Source: a virus (taxonomy: Duplodnaviria; Caudoviricetes). From it: a stretch of 64,000 nt of DNA. Made by a program: the position numbers and the translations under genes. Below are positions 54,226-62,075 of the stretch, piece by piece (position 1 is the first letter of the stretch; every line of letters begins with the position of its first letter). The notes below the pieces were generated by a model. It was not told the DNA's origin. It did not search any database and saw nothing but the letters and a program-made list of their open reading frames with translations. Location of the stretch: positions 1 through 64,000 of the IMG/VR virus record IMGVR_UViG_3300031993_000041, one strand, 5' to 3'.

Positions 54226-54508
54226 CGCAAGGCTTGTTTAGTTTTTTCTTAAACTCTTCGATAGACCCTTGAATGTCTACGAAATTAGCATATCCTTTGT
54301 CTATCATGACAAGAAGATTCTGGAACTGCTTGAGCTCTTTTTCAAATGCCTTGCAGGCGCTTTCTATCATCGTCTGCTCGCCATGCCTTACGCCTTCTTT
54401 AAACCAGCCGCCGTAATACCAGCCTCCGGTTTCCACCCTGCCATCCGAAGTCTTTCTTTTCTCTCGGATTTCTTCGACTTTCTTTTCTATTTGTTCATCT
54501 GTCAACAT
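54212..54508 (-). CDS. Hypothetical protein
   Basis: FKEG...EQ.MI.SAC..FE.....EEFKK pattern of small Bacteroidales-phage proteins. Confidence 0.6.
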   Translation of the reverse strand: MLTDEQIEKKVEEIREKRKTSDGRVETGGWYYGGWFKEGVRHGEQTMIESACKAFEKELKQFQNLLVMIDKGYANFVDIQGSIEEFKKKLNKPCDEAE

Positions 54509-54531
54509 AACTGTTTTATTTTAAGGTTAAA

Positions 54532-54885
54532 CTAATCTTCTTCAAGTTTGACGTTCTTGCAGACGAAATCATAAAACTTGTCGGCAAGCTCTTCCATCTC
54601 GCTTATACCAAGGTCAGCCATTATGGTAAACTCGCATCTCTCATCGACATTACGGCTGACGTCTATAATCTTCTCAAGAAGGTAATCATCCTTGTCGTGA
54701 TATTTTCTGACGTCATATATACAATACAGTAATTGGCTTACAGCGCGCACGTCACCATATTTGTCTTTCTTCCGTCTTACAGCCTTATAGAAATACCAGT
54801 CAGAACCATGCACGACGCCATTAGACTTTTTGAAGCCGTTATCATAAAGAGTCTTCTCAAATTCGTTATATCCTTGTTCTGTCAT
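54532..54885 (-). CDS. Hypothetical protein
   Basis: 117 aa in series. Confidence 0.6.
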   Translation of the reverse strand: MTEQGYNEFEKTLYDNGFKKSNGVVHGSDWYFYKAVRRKKDKYGDVRAVSQLLYCIYDVRKYHDKDDYLLEKIIDVSRNVDERCEFTIMADLGISEMEELADKFYDFVCKNVKLEED

Positions 54886-54899
54886 AACAGTCTTTGTTA

Positions 54900-55289
54900 T
54901 CAGTTTTCCGTAATCTTATATTTCCTATAAACATCTGTACCTTCTTCGACACGTATCGCAAGTCCCTTCTCAAGAAGTCCGTTGCAGTCGAAGTGTTTGC
55001 GATACATCCATTCAGCTGCAGCTATCGGATTTTCTCTGGACAGCTTTTCATATTCTTCCCTCTCCTTAGGTGTCATGTCTTTCGTATGCCTCAGGAAAGG
55101 GAGGACAGACGTCACGTTGAATCCGATATTATATTTCGAGACATTAACCTTGTATTCATTCGATATTGATTTCAGGGTATATGTCTTCTTATTGCCAATA
55201 CTTAGAATCTTGCAGCCGTATGGAATCCGGCATGACAAATCTCGTAGCAACAGTTTTTCTTCAGGTTTGATAAAGTATTTCGCAGCCAT
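54900..55289 (-). CDS. Hypothetical protein (start moved to MAAKYF)
   Basis: KLLLRDLSCRIPYG...LPFLRH..DMT.KE.EEY...WMY..HFD..GL.EKGLAI motif; the tracked start overlaps the upstream gene. Confidence 0.7.
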   Translation of the reverse strand: MAAKYFIKPEEKLLLRDLSCRIPYGCKILSIGNKKTYTLKSISNEYKVNVSKYNIGFNVTSVLPFLRHTKDMTPKEREEYEKLSRENPIAAAEWMYRKHFDCNGLLEKGLAIRVEEGTDVYRKYKITEN

Positions 55290-55299
55290 AACTGTTTTA

Positions 55300-55608
55300 T
55301 TAAAGTTCTTTTTTGTCTTGCATGTCAATCTGCCGTATCCGTTCCTGGCAGATATGTATGATTTTCTCGTAATCAAGCTTTCTGCTCTCACCCTCTTTCG
55401 TACGCAAGACTCTTTTAAGAATGTCGCCGTCCCAGGGGTTCAGCTCATACTCCTGCCAGATATGCCATGGCTGTATAATGTGCTGCGCATAGTCGCTCTT
55501 GCCTACGTTATGGTCTTGACAGTTTCCGTTATCAATTCTAAGAATTCCAAGGTTCACAAGCCTTACAATTCTTTTATAGTTTATATTTACAAATTCTTTG
55601 GCATCCAT
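55300..55608 (-). CDS. DUF3310 (SaV-like) family protein
   Basis: NVG.SDY..H.IQPW.IW..Y.LNPW.GDI.KR.LR.K....LDYEKI.H. Confidence 0.78.
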   Translation of the reverse strand: MDAKEFVNINYKRIVRLVNLGILRIDNGNCQDHNVGKSDYAQHIIQPWHIWQEYELNPWDGDILKRVLRTKEGESRKLDYEKIIHICQERIRQIDMQDKKEL

Positions 55609-55612
55609 TATA

Positions 55613-55945
55613 TTATTTTATTTTAAATCCGTTTTTATTCGTCGTTTCAATTACGGCATAATCATAGAACAACATAAGATTCTCCCTATACTTGGAATAA
55701 TCATCAATAATCTTACATATCTGCATTGAACTCAGACTTCCCTCCTCCCACTTATACTTTAATTCGAAAAAAGTTATCATCTTACCAGCGTATGTCAGTC
55801 TTTCCCTTATTACTGATTCATCCACATCATAGGTTGGTCCTTGAATGTTTGAACTGTTCGTAATACATGACAGAATCACATACTTGCATTTTTCATAGTC
55901 AGCCTTCATCCGGCGGCGTAACTTACGTACTGTAAATATCTCCAT
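55613..55945 (-). CDS. Hypothetical protein
   Basis: 110 aa; promoter motif at 55957. Confidence 0.6.
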   Translation of the reverse strand: MEIFTVRKLRRRMKADYEKCKYVILSCITNSSNIQGPTYDVDESVIRERLTYAGKMITFFELKYKWEEGSLSSMQICKIIDDYSKYRENLMLFYDYAVIETTNKNGFKIK

Positions 55946-55974
55946 AATTATTTTTATATATAAAAAACAACAAA

Positions 55975-56215
55975 TTAAGCTTTACTAAAAACAGAATTGT
56001 ATTTTTCCATCATTTTCTTTCTCTCTTCTTCAGACAGTGACGCAAGATACTGATAGCTAAGCTTCTTACACATGTGACGGTCATCCTTACATCTATTAGA
56101 CCAAGGATACATACACTCTTGCAAGACTTCTTTGTCTGGATTATCGGTGTATGGTGCAATACTTGTAGTTGTTTTGCTTCTTCTCCGGATATAATCTTCC
56201 TTTTCCCTTTCCCAT
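55975..56215 (-). pseudogene. Frameshifted small gene (apparent extra G after ATG)
   Basis: AAGTT-ATG at 56215 gives only 24 aa; removing one G from ATGGGAAAG gives MEREKEDYIRRRSK...CMYPWSNRCKDDRHMCKK...FSKA* ending at 55975. Confidence 0.5.
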
Positions 56216-56220
56216 AACTT

Positions 56221-56547
56221 CTATTTTTTATTGTTTATTTTCATGTTCATTACTTTGAGACAACGATGCAATTCTGAGAAATACTTGACATCTGTCTCAA
56301 AGTCACGATATTTGCCATCACGATAGCCGTACTCATAACTTCTTATTGTCAGAACCCAGAAATCTTGATGATGTCTTTTGTATAATACAACCAACTTTGA
56401 AGGGATGCCTCTTGTATACCTTCTTGCTGACTGAAACAATAGTGTCACACCATCATTGTCACTCTGTTCGAAGAATTTGAACACTTCATTGTCGTCACAT
56501 ACACGGATTTTCTTCAGTTCTTCTTTTGTTATCAATTTACTACTCAT
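56221..56547 (-). CDS. Hypothetical protein
   Basis: 108 aa in series. Confidence 0.6.
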   Translation of the reverse strand: MSSKLITKEELKKIRVCDDNEVFKFFEQSDNDGVTLLFQSARRYTRGIPSKLVVLYKRHHQDFWVLTIRSYEYGYRDGKYRDFETDVKYFSELHRCLKVMNMKINNKK

Positions 56548-56590
56548 AACTCACTTTGTTTTAATCACAACATTTCCTATGACTTCAATT

Positions 56591-56815
56591 TTAGATTTCT
56601 TCAGAACGTTCCTGTTCTTCACTCTCTTCTGTATCGTAATCACTTGTTTTAACGATATAAATGACGGCGCCAAGCAAAAAGCCTATGACATATAGCGAAA
56701 GCAAGATATACATAGGTATAAACACCTGATACCACGTCATCGTCGTCAAATCAAAAAGCTTTAAGAATATAAGCATAACCTGTATGACAGGCAATATTGG
56801 AAATCCTCTCTCCAT
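56591..56815 (-). CDS. Small membrane protein
   Basis: Two hydrophobic helices (IFLKL..L..MTW..VFIP), acidic tail. Confidence 0.7.
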   Translation of the reverse strand: MERGFPILPVIQVMLIFLKLFDLTTMTWYQVFIPMYILLSLYVIGFLLGAVIYIVKTSDYDTEESEEQERSEEI

Positions 56816-56849
56816 AATCTTAATTTTTAATTGTCTTTAATTGTTCTCA

Positions 56850-57026
56850 CTAAAATAGAATCTTATAGATTATCAGAACAATAATGGCTCCGACGACTCC
56901 GCAAATTATTTCTTCAGAATATTGACTGAAATATTCAGAATCAGTCCAAAGCCTCGTGACTATTTCATCAGCTTTGCCTATATAATCACGAGGATTGTCA
57001 CAAAATCTCTTCAGAATCTCTTTCAT
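56850..57026 (-). CDS. Hypothetical 58-aa protein with C-terminal TM
   Basis: Manual translation MKEILKRFCD...ICGVVGAIIVLIIYKILF followed by TAG TGA. Confidence 0.55.
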   Translation of the reverse strand: MKEILKRFCDNPRDYIGKADEIVTRLWTDSEYFSQYSEEIICGVVGAIIVLIIYKILF

Positions 57027-57037
57027 CTTATTTACGC

Positions 57038-57331
57038 TTAATCCGTCATTCTGAAATAATACTCAGCTTCTTCGCCTTTAAGATGTCTGCCTGCATACGT
57101 ATCAGCCTTGCGCCATAATGTATCATATACAGTCGCAAGAGCTTCGTTCCCTGTGTCGTAATGCTGCCATATCTTATGGTTGAGCACTATTATCAAATCG
57201 GTAAGATACCTGTAGTCACTTTTCCATTCTTTAAACGCGCGGTTAAACGTATCCTTAACTGCATTTACTCCGAATCTGTCCGCAATGGAGAAATCCATCC
57301 AGAACGTCGTTGAAAATTTTTCCTCTGCCAT
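57038..57331 (-). CDS. Conserved hypothetical phage protein
   Basis: TFW.DFSIAD.FG..AVKDTF.RAF.EWK.DY.YLT.L..VLNHKIWQHY. Confidence 0.75.
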   Translation of the reverse strand: MAEEKFSTTFWMDFSIADRFGVNAVKDTFNRAFKEWKSDYRYLTDLIIVLNHKIWQHYDTGNEALATVYDTLWRKADTYAGRHLKGEEAEYYFRMTD

Positions 57332-57343
57332 AATTCTCTGGTT

Positions 57344-57769
57344 TTAATTGTTATTACTTAGTTCGCTGATAAAAATTCTTACTCTTGTATTGCCATTCAG
57401 GAATCGGGTGCAGTCTATCTCATACCTCTTATTTCCTTCCAAATCTTCGAAACAACACGACCCATTTTCTCCTAACTTGAAATATGTTGTCTTACGCCCG
57501 AATCCATCAATGATATTATACCCATTTGAAAGCGGGAGCAACTGAGAGTCATAATTCCCCAATTTATTGAAAATGGCTTTGTTAAGAATATCAAATGTCC
57601 AGAGCTTAGTCTTAGGGAATACAAATTCCCTGAAGAAACTGTACTTGGTATCCCAACTGCATACTTTCTTAGCCTTGCTGTAGTATTTGTCCACAGCTGC
57701 TATCACTTTGTTCCAGGAATCGAGGGCTTCTTCTCTCGAATATTCCTTATCCTTCATTACGTATGTCAT
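57344..57769 (-). CDS. Hypothetical protein
   Basis: 141 aa; first gene after the TAnnTTTG promoter. Confidence 0.6.
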   Translation of the reverse strand: MTYVMKDKEYSREEALDSWNKVIAAVDKYYSKAKKVCSWDTKYSFFREFVFPKTKLWTFDILNKAIFNKLGNYDSQLLPLSNGYNIIDGFGRKTTYFKLGENGSCCFEDLEGNKRYEIDCTRFLNGNTRVRIFISELSNNN

Positions 57770-57789
57770 TGTTTTAAGTTTTGTTTAGA

Positions 57790-57823
57790 CAAATATATGT
57801 TGATATTTTCTATTTTTAACAAA
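57790..57823 (-). promoter_or_regulatory. Bacteroidota sigma-A-like promoter (TTTG ... TATATTTG)
   Basis: TATATTTG at 57790-97 and TTTG at 57820-23 (22-nt spacer), overlapping the inverted repeat TTTTAAC/GTTAAAA. Confidence 0.5.
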
Positions 57824-57908
57824 AATTGTTAAAAATTTTTGAAGGATGTTCTTAACTACTTGGTTACCAATAAGAAAAATTTTAACCTTTACCTATGATT
57901 TTATCGAT

Positions 57909-58229
57909 TTAGAGAATACAGTCTCTCAGTATTCTCCATTTCTGTTCGTAGTCATAAATGTGGAAATCGTCCCATTTAATAAGTTTCGTGCCTTTGTCTT
58001 GATTCTTGTGGTTATAGTCAACTTGATATAGGCCGTTATAGTCGAAAAAGAATTTATCAAGAATCTTGCATACGAAATGCCCCTTTATGACATCATAATA
58101 GATTTCACCGTTAAAACGGTCTTTCAGGATGACTGCAAAATAATAGCAGTTTCCAGATGTCCAATTACAATCTTTAAACCTGCTGCAGAATTCTGCAACT
58201 TCTTTTTCAAGTTCTTTTAATATATCCAT
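57909..58229 (-). CDS. Hypothetical protein (start moved to MDILKE)
   Basis: W..GNCYYFA.ILK.RF.G.IYYD...GHF motif; the tracked start lies in the promoter motif. Confidence 0.7.
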   Translation of the reverse strand: MDILKELEKEVAEFCSRFKDCNWTSGNCYYFAVILKDRFNGEIYYDVIKGHFVCKILDKFFFDYNGLYQVDYNHKNQDKGTKLIKWDDFHIYDYEQKWRILRDCIL

Positions 58230-58272
58230 GTCTTCATAATTTTTAATATATATAAAAAACAACAAATAAAAA

Positions 58273-58296
58273 GAAAGCGCCTGAATTCAGACGCTT
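58273..58296 (-). terminator. Putative intrinsic terminator
   Basis: AAAGCG/CGCTTT hairpin with a T-rich tail on the minus strand. Confidence 0.55.
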
Positions 58297-58338
58297 TCCT
58301 CCCAAGTATTAACTATAAAAATTATGTTATGGCCGATG

Positions 58339-59355
58339 TTATTCTACGACAGCTTGTTTGGCAATCATCGTACAGAACTGTTTGAAATTAGGATAATTTT
58401 CAAGAAGTTCCTGATGTTTCTTCATATATCTTTCAGCATTTTCTTTGAAAGAAGCTGCAGCATCATGTGCAAGGCCTGCGCTGAATGTCAAGTTGTATTT
58501 ACAGAACGGGGTACCTTCTTTCAGAAGCTCATTGGTATTAAGCAATACCTTGAATGCTTTCTCATTCTGCTTAGCGAATTTCTTTACAGTTTCACCGTCT
58601 GCTTCAAGTATTGAATGGAATTCAGTTGTACCGTTGTTTGTCTTGCAGACTTTCAACACAACATCGTTAACAACAAGTTTCGCAATTTGTTTAGCTGCTG
58701 CCATTCTTTCTATATCGCCTGACAGATTAAACTTGTCTTCGTTTTCTTTGAAGAATTTAGACATAGGCATCCACATATCAGCGACAACATAAATCGTAGC
58801 AGCTCTCTGATTATTTTCGTGTTTTCCGGATAAGTCCTTAAACTCGATTTTGTCAGGTATATCATTACCAGTCTTAATATAAGCCATTGGGAACAAGCTA
58901 TAATATCCTTTTTCCAAAGCTTGCTTTATTGCCTTCTCGCCTTTGCTTACTATGTCATCGACAGTCACGCCGCCGGTATATCCAGTGAAGAAAGCAACTT
59001 TCAACTTGCCGCCTTTCTTTTTTGCAAGCTCTCTGACCTGTGCATATTCGCCTGTCGTAGGTACGATAAGTTCAACTTCTTTGAAATAGTCCGTACCGAA
59101 CAGGCCTTCATTGATATTCCTGCTTTCTCTTAAGAACTGCTTATAAGTCAACAGTCTGCCTGTCTTGCTTTCAGACATTCCTTGTTTCTGGCAGTTATTC
59201 CAGAAGTCAACCTCATCACTGAATCCTTTCAGCAATTCAATTTTTTCTCCAGGCGATACAGGTATTCCTGCATTCGAAATAACTAATTCATCGTCGTTCC
59301 AATTTACTATGAATTTTTCTCCATCGCTTTCGCGTACAAATATTCTCGTTTCCAT
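58339..59355 (-). CDS. Hypothetical late protein, possibly virion-internal
   Basis: CATAAATA upstream; internal LLTYKQFLRESRNINE motif. Confidence 0.6.
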   Translation of the reverse strand: METRIFVRESDGEKFIVNWNDDELVISNAGIPVSPGEKIELLKGFSDEVDFWNNCQKQGMSESKTGRLLTYKQFLRESRNINEGLFGTDYFKEVELIVPTTGEYAQVRELAKKKGGKLKVAFFTGYTGGVTVDDIVSKGEKAIKQALEKGYYSLFPMAYIKTGNDIPDKIEFKDLSGKHENNQRAATIYVVADMWMPMSKFFKENEDKFNLSGDIERMAAAKQIAKLVVNDVVLKVCKTNNGTTEFHSILEADGETVKKFAKQNEKAFKVLLNTNELLKEGTPFCKYNLTFSAGLAHDAAASFKENAERYMKKHQELLENYPNFKQFCTMIAKQAVVE

Positions 59356-59471
59356 TATTAAGATATTTTAAATTTACACATTTTATTTATGATTTAATGA
59401 AAAAGAGGGAGAACAATCTTGTTTCTTCCCTCTCCCCCTAAAAAAACAATTATGAAAACAACTTGATATAA

Positions 59472-60677
59472 CTATTCTTCAGTTAAGTCTTCATCGTCAT
59501 CATCAGCATCGTCAACGAGTTCTTCAAGCTCTTCGTCGCTGCTCTTGCTGTATGCAAGCTCTTTCTTAATGATTTCGTCTATCCTGTGAAGGCGTTCATC
59601 AGTGAAAACTTTGTCCGACCAGAGCTCCTTGATTCCGAATGCCTCTCCGGAATCAGTACATATATATCTTCCGGAATCGCTTCTTAAGAAATACTTCACG
59701 GTACCGTCTGCGCATGTGACTTTCTTGCAGGCATTCTTCTCAGCGTCTTTCATCTTTTCGTATTCTTTCTCCGTAATGAATTTTCCTCTGTCAGCGCCGC
59801 AATTTTCCCATGACACATATTTCTCAAGACCGATATATGGATTCATACCGCGTATATACGATATATTGAACTCTATCGGTGTCGGTATGCAGAACCTGTT
59901 CTTATTCGGCATCGCGAATACACGGATACCGGTCTGAACATTCCCTTCTTCTTTAAGCTTGCCTTTGCTGAGGTTAAGTATGATACTCGCCCCGTATACT
60001 GAACCCTTTCCTCCTGACTGAATCTTGCCTCCGAACATATCCTGCGAATCATATACATGATTCGTGAATATCAAAGTCGAATTAAGTATGCCAAGCTTCG
60101 CCATACATATCCTGAATATCGACCTCATCAGCTTTGCTCTCGTCATATCTGATTTGTCGCTGTTCGATTTAGCGTCTTCAATCTCTTTCGCCGTAGGCAA
60201 GTTTCCTGCTGAGTCGAGGCAGACAAGCAGTTTCGGAATCTCAGCTCCCTTGTCTTTTTCTTCGATGAGGTAGTCAAGCATTGATGTCATCTTCGTACGG
60301 AATTCCTGTATTGTCTGTACAGGTTCGTATCTTACCTCCTTCGTATTGATGCCGAAATTAACGAACTGCTCGAAATCAACGGCATTCTCACTGTCAAACC
60401 AGATAACACTGTATCCCTGCTTCTGAGCTTCCCTGCATATATTCAACATCAGAAAGGTTTTTCCAGTGCTGGGGTCGCCACTTAAACTTGTACTTCTGTT
60501 ATTCGGAACGCCTTTGAATATTGAGCCCGTCAGACAGGCATTCAGCATGTAGTTGCCCGTTGAGATGTAGTCAGTAATAGTGGAAATCGTACCATCGCTT
60601 ACAAGACCTCCATATTTCGATGTCTTGCTCATAAACTTGTTAAGGTCGTTGAACGTGATTTGTTTTTTCTCAGCCAT
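59472..60677 (-). CDS. recA: RecA/UvsX recombinase
   Basis: ISTG...LN, GDPSTGKT, FDSENA, LDSAGNL, D(M)TRAK, TNHVY, GG.G..Y.AS. Confidence 0.93.
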   Translation of the reverse strand: MAEKKQITFNDLNKFMSKTSKYGGLVSDGTISTITDYISTGNYMLNACLTGSIFKGVPNNRSTSLSGDPSTGKTFLMLNICREAQKQGYSVIWFDSENAVDFEQFVNFGINTKEVRYEPVQTIQEFRTKMTSMLDYLIEEKDKGAEIPKLLVCLDSAGNLPTAKEIEDAKSNSDKSDMTRAKLMRSIFRICMAKLGILNSTLIFTNHVYDSQDMFGGKIQSGGKGSVYGASIILNLSKGKLKEEGNVQTGIRVFAMPNKNRFCIPTPIEFNISYIRGMNPYIGLEKYVSWENCGADRGKFITEKEYEKMKDAEKNACKKVTCADGTVKYFLRSDSGRYICTDSGEAFGIKELWSDKVFTDERLHRIDEIIKKELAYSKSSDEELEELVDDADDDDEDLTEE

Positions 60678-60722
60678 ATCGCATTAAAATTAAAAATATT
60701 GAACTTATATAATAAACAACGT

Positions 60723-61481
60723 TTAGTAGCCTAATTGATACCTTAAATCGCGAATATTCGCGTATATCTTGTCATCTCTCATTATCGAACATAGGAAATA
60801 CTCTGAAAAATGGGTAAATCGTATATCGTCGAATTCTATATTCATGATGGAATTTATATCTATGCCTTCCGATTTGAAGTATTCCCTTACAAGTACCGGA
60901 TTTATCCATTGGAAGGTGCCGTCAAGATAGCTTCCGCCGGTAAGCCTTGCTATATACGGGTATTTCATAGCATATCTCGCATACTGCCCTTTCCAAAGCC
61001 ATTTTCTGTACCATTCGACATCTTTGAGCTCGAGATGGGCGCCAGCCATCGGATATGTTCTTACGGCATGCAGCGTCTCATCGGCAAAACATCCACGGTA
61101 CAAGACGTCTATCCATTTCTTTCTTGACCCGACAAACCAAGGGTCTTCCCGCCTTACGCCCTTGAAATGACAATAGAAGACAGGTTCGAAGCCTGTCTCG
61201 ATATATTTGAATATCTTACCGTAATACGCCGGATATTCCCCTTGCCACTGTACATTATCAATATCCGTAATGCTGTAGTTTGACACAATGTTTTCTTTTA
61301 TGATTCTATGTACGAATCCGAGAACATCGTCAGACTTCCTGTCGTATGACACCACGAAATCGATATTATGGAATATGCTTCTGAAATCATACTCCTTAAT
61401 ATACTTAAAATGCAGCTTTTCGAACTCGTTCAGTTCGAGGATGCTTCTGTCCTTAAAATACCAATAGATAACCGCCCTCAT
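60723..61481 (-). CDS. Hypothetical protein with YxHxKG motif (putative glycosyltransferase-like)
   Basis: PVFYCHFKGV, W, G.FQW, R...SEYFL pattern. Confidence 0.45.
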   Translation of the reverse strand: MRAVIYWYFKDRSILELNEFEKLHFKYIKEYDFRSIFHNIDFVVSYDRKSDDVLGFVHRIIKENIVSNYSITDIDNVQWQGEYPAYYGKIFKYIETGFEPVFYCHFKGVRREDPWFVGSRKKWIDVLYRGCFADETLHAVRTYPMAGAHLELKDVEWYRKWLWKGQYARYAMKYPYIARLTGGSYLDGTFQWINPVLVREYFKSEGIDINSIMNIEFDDIRFTHFSEYFLCSIMRDDKIYANIRDLRYQLGY

Positions 61482-62054
61482 TTAATTGTCTCCTCTCGCT
61501 GTCGTACTTTTTACTATTTCTATAAGCTGTCTGTTCGTAGATATAAGCTTTGACGGGTCTGTTCCTTCTTCCCTGACTACTTTCGCCTCTTCGACCGTCT
61601 TTATATCTTCTATCAATTCCTTGTATCCGGTTTCCGTGTTCTTTATAAGGCTCTGCTCGAGCTTGATGAGGTCAAGCATCGTCCTCTGTGTGTTCGCAAG
61701 ACAGTCATACAACTTCGGATTGAAGTCAATGTCTATTTGGTCAAGTATGCTGCTGACGACATCCTCGCAGATGTTTATCTGGCGTATGAGCGTCGCGATA
61801 TTGGCGGTGGAAACGATGTTCTTCGCCATAAGGTACTGCTGGTCACCAATAATACCTGCCTGGACATACTGCCTAAACATCGAATCCATGAGATTCTTTG
61901 CCTTTCTCTCAGCTTCCGCCTTCTTGTTATTGACATCGACGCCAAGGGTCGTAGCAGGTTTGGGCTTGTCGAATATCATCTCATCCTTGTTATTCTTCAT
62001 GTCCTCCTGCATTCTGTCTGCAAGGTTTACCAAGTCATCTAATTCTGAATCCAT
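61482..62054 (-). CDS. Terminase small subunit (gp16-like)
   Basis: NPKLYDCLANTQRTMLDLIK pattern; TATAAATA at 62073-62080. Confidence 0.6.
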   Translation of the reverse strand: MDSELDDLVNLADRMQEDMKNNKDEMIFDKPKPATTLGVDVNNKKAEAERKAKNLMDSMFRQYVQAGIIGDQQYLMAKNIVSTANIATLIRQINICEDVVSSILDQIDIDFNPKLYDCLANTQRTMLDLIKLEQSLIKNTETGYKELIEDIKTVEEAKVVREEGTDPSKLISTNRQLIEIVKSTTARGDN

Positions 62055-62075
62055 AGTTTCTAAATTTTTATTTAT

